DNA of 64,000 nt, taken from the NCBI RefSeq assembly GCF_018977255.1, contig NW_024704742.1:104348001-104412000 (forward strand), given 5' to 3'. Source of the DNA: Callorhinchus milii (lineage: Eukaryota). The stretch's first letter is position 1. Every line of letters starts with the position of its first letter. The notes beneath the pieces are model-generated. The model was not told the origin of the DNA and searched no databases. It saw nothing but the letters and a program-made list of their open reading frames with translations. Shown piece after piece: positions 63,119 through 64,000 of the stretch. The position numbers and the translations under genes were made by a program.

Positions 63119-64000
63119 CAGATAAGACAGCCAGGACATCACCAAGTCCCAAAGTGATGTCTGAACTTATAATTTTCTGACTCAGAGACAAGAATGCTAC
63201 CAACAGAACCAGGCTGACAAGAGCAAATTCCACATAGCTTTCAGTATGTAACTATCAACCAATGAATCTGTGATTTTATTCTAACCTGCAAACTAGACCC
63301 CAATGTTGCAGCTTGGAAAATTAGAGAAGGTCATTTCAGCTGCTGAGGTCATTTGAAACTCCCCCAAAACGTTGCAATGTTCCTTTAAAAAAAATGATCA
63401 CTTTCATTTGAAAGTCAAAGCAATGATTTCTTCACTAAACAGCAACAGATGGTTAACCATACTATAGTTGGCAGATGACTCTAAGAGCAATCAGCTTTAT
63501 TTTTTATGCATTTCTAAAAAGTAGTGTCAATCCCTTTTGAAATAACTTCTTTTCTTTCCTATCTGGGGAGCCATCTAAAAGAATCTGCTCTGTTCATCTG
63601 TGGGAATTGTAGCTGTCTGGAGACTTATCCTTAGTGGGACTGAACTCCAGTCATGCATGGCAAAAATGTTTTTCAAAGTAATGGCATATCTACTGCCGCT
63701 GCTTTCTGGCGTTGTCTGGCTTCAGCTGCAGAATGTAATTCTCAGTTAAAGCAGAAACTAATTGTCAGACATGAAAATATTTTTATAAATCTGCTAACTA
63801 CGTCTCAATCCTCGAGAGAAAATAGTACTTCTCTCACTACATCACGCCATGTACAGTATAGGGGACCAGGAAATAACTTGTTACTCACTATTAGCAAGAC
63901 AGGTAACTGTGTTTCTAGATAGATCTGCTAAATGTTAATCAGTAGGAGAGATGATCACTTTGAATAGTCAGAACTATAGAAATTTGGAGTACAGAAGGAG

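Noticed and set aside
7211..64000. Antisense bias of intronic L2 copies
   Set aside because: Roughly 13 minus versus 8 plus by my count; too few to be meaningful.

Overview
Repeat-rich eukaryotic (vertebrate) genomic DNA. The repeat repertoire (L2 and CR1 LINEs, a tRNA-Ala-derived SINE with (TTA)n tail, Deu-domain SINEs, Penelope-type terminal repeats) suggests a cartilaginous fish, probably a holocephalan; this is inference from recognition, not a database result. No host protein-coding exon is convincingly visible. A CpG-rich promoter (about 4.7-7.6 kb; AP-1 x2, full CRE, CCAAT x2, GC boxes, TATA-like) appears to drive a + strand gene with at least three apparently non-coding 5' exons (about 6890-7210, 7672-7727, 22286-22369). 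I cannot name the gene, and the rest of the window would be intron. Almost all ORFs in the track are chance ORFs, low-complexity artefacts or decayed L2/CR1 fragments. The only real protein domains are the AP-endonuclease and reverse transcriptase of two near-full-length but defective L2 copies (12550-15498 +, 53767-56335 -) plus RT fragments. The most interesting signals are: (1) two short non-coding Penelope-type insertions with target-site duplications carrying minimal hammerhead ribozyme cores (49114-49154 -, 59091-59128 +); (2) a 36-nt 3' stem-loop shared by the young SINE and young L2 with a compensatory base-pair change; (3) several long palindromes or foldback elements; (4) a hAT MITE with intact TIRs and TSD; (5) a linker deletion shared by both long L2 copies. 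I see no evidence of a wholly new multi-gene system. Boundaries of old repeats are approximate (about 20-50 bp).
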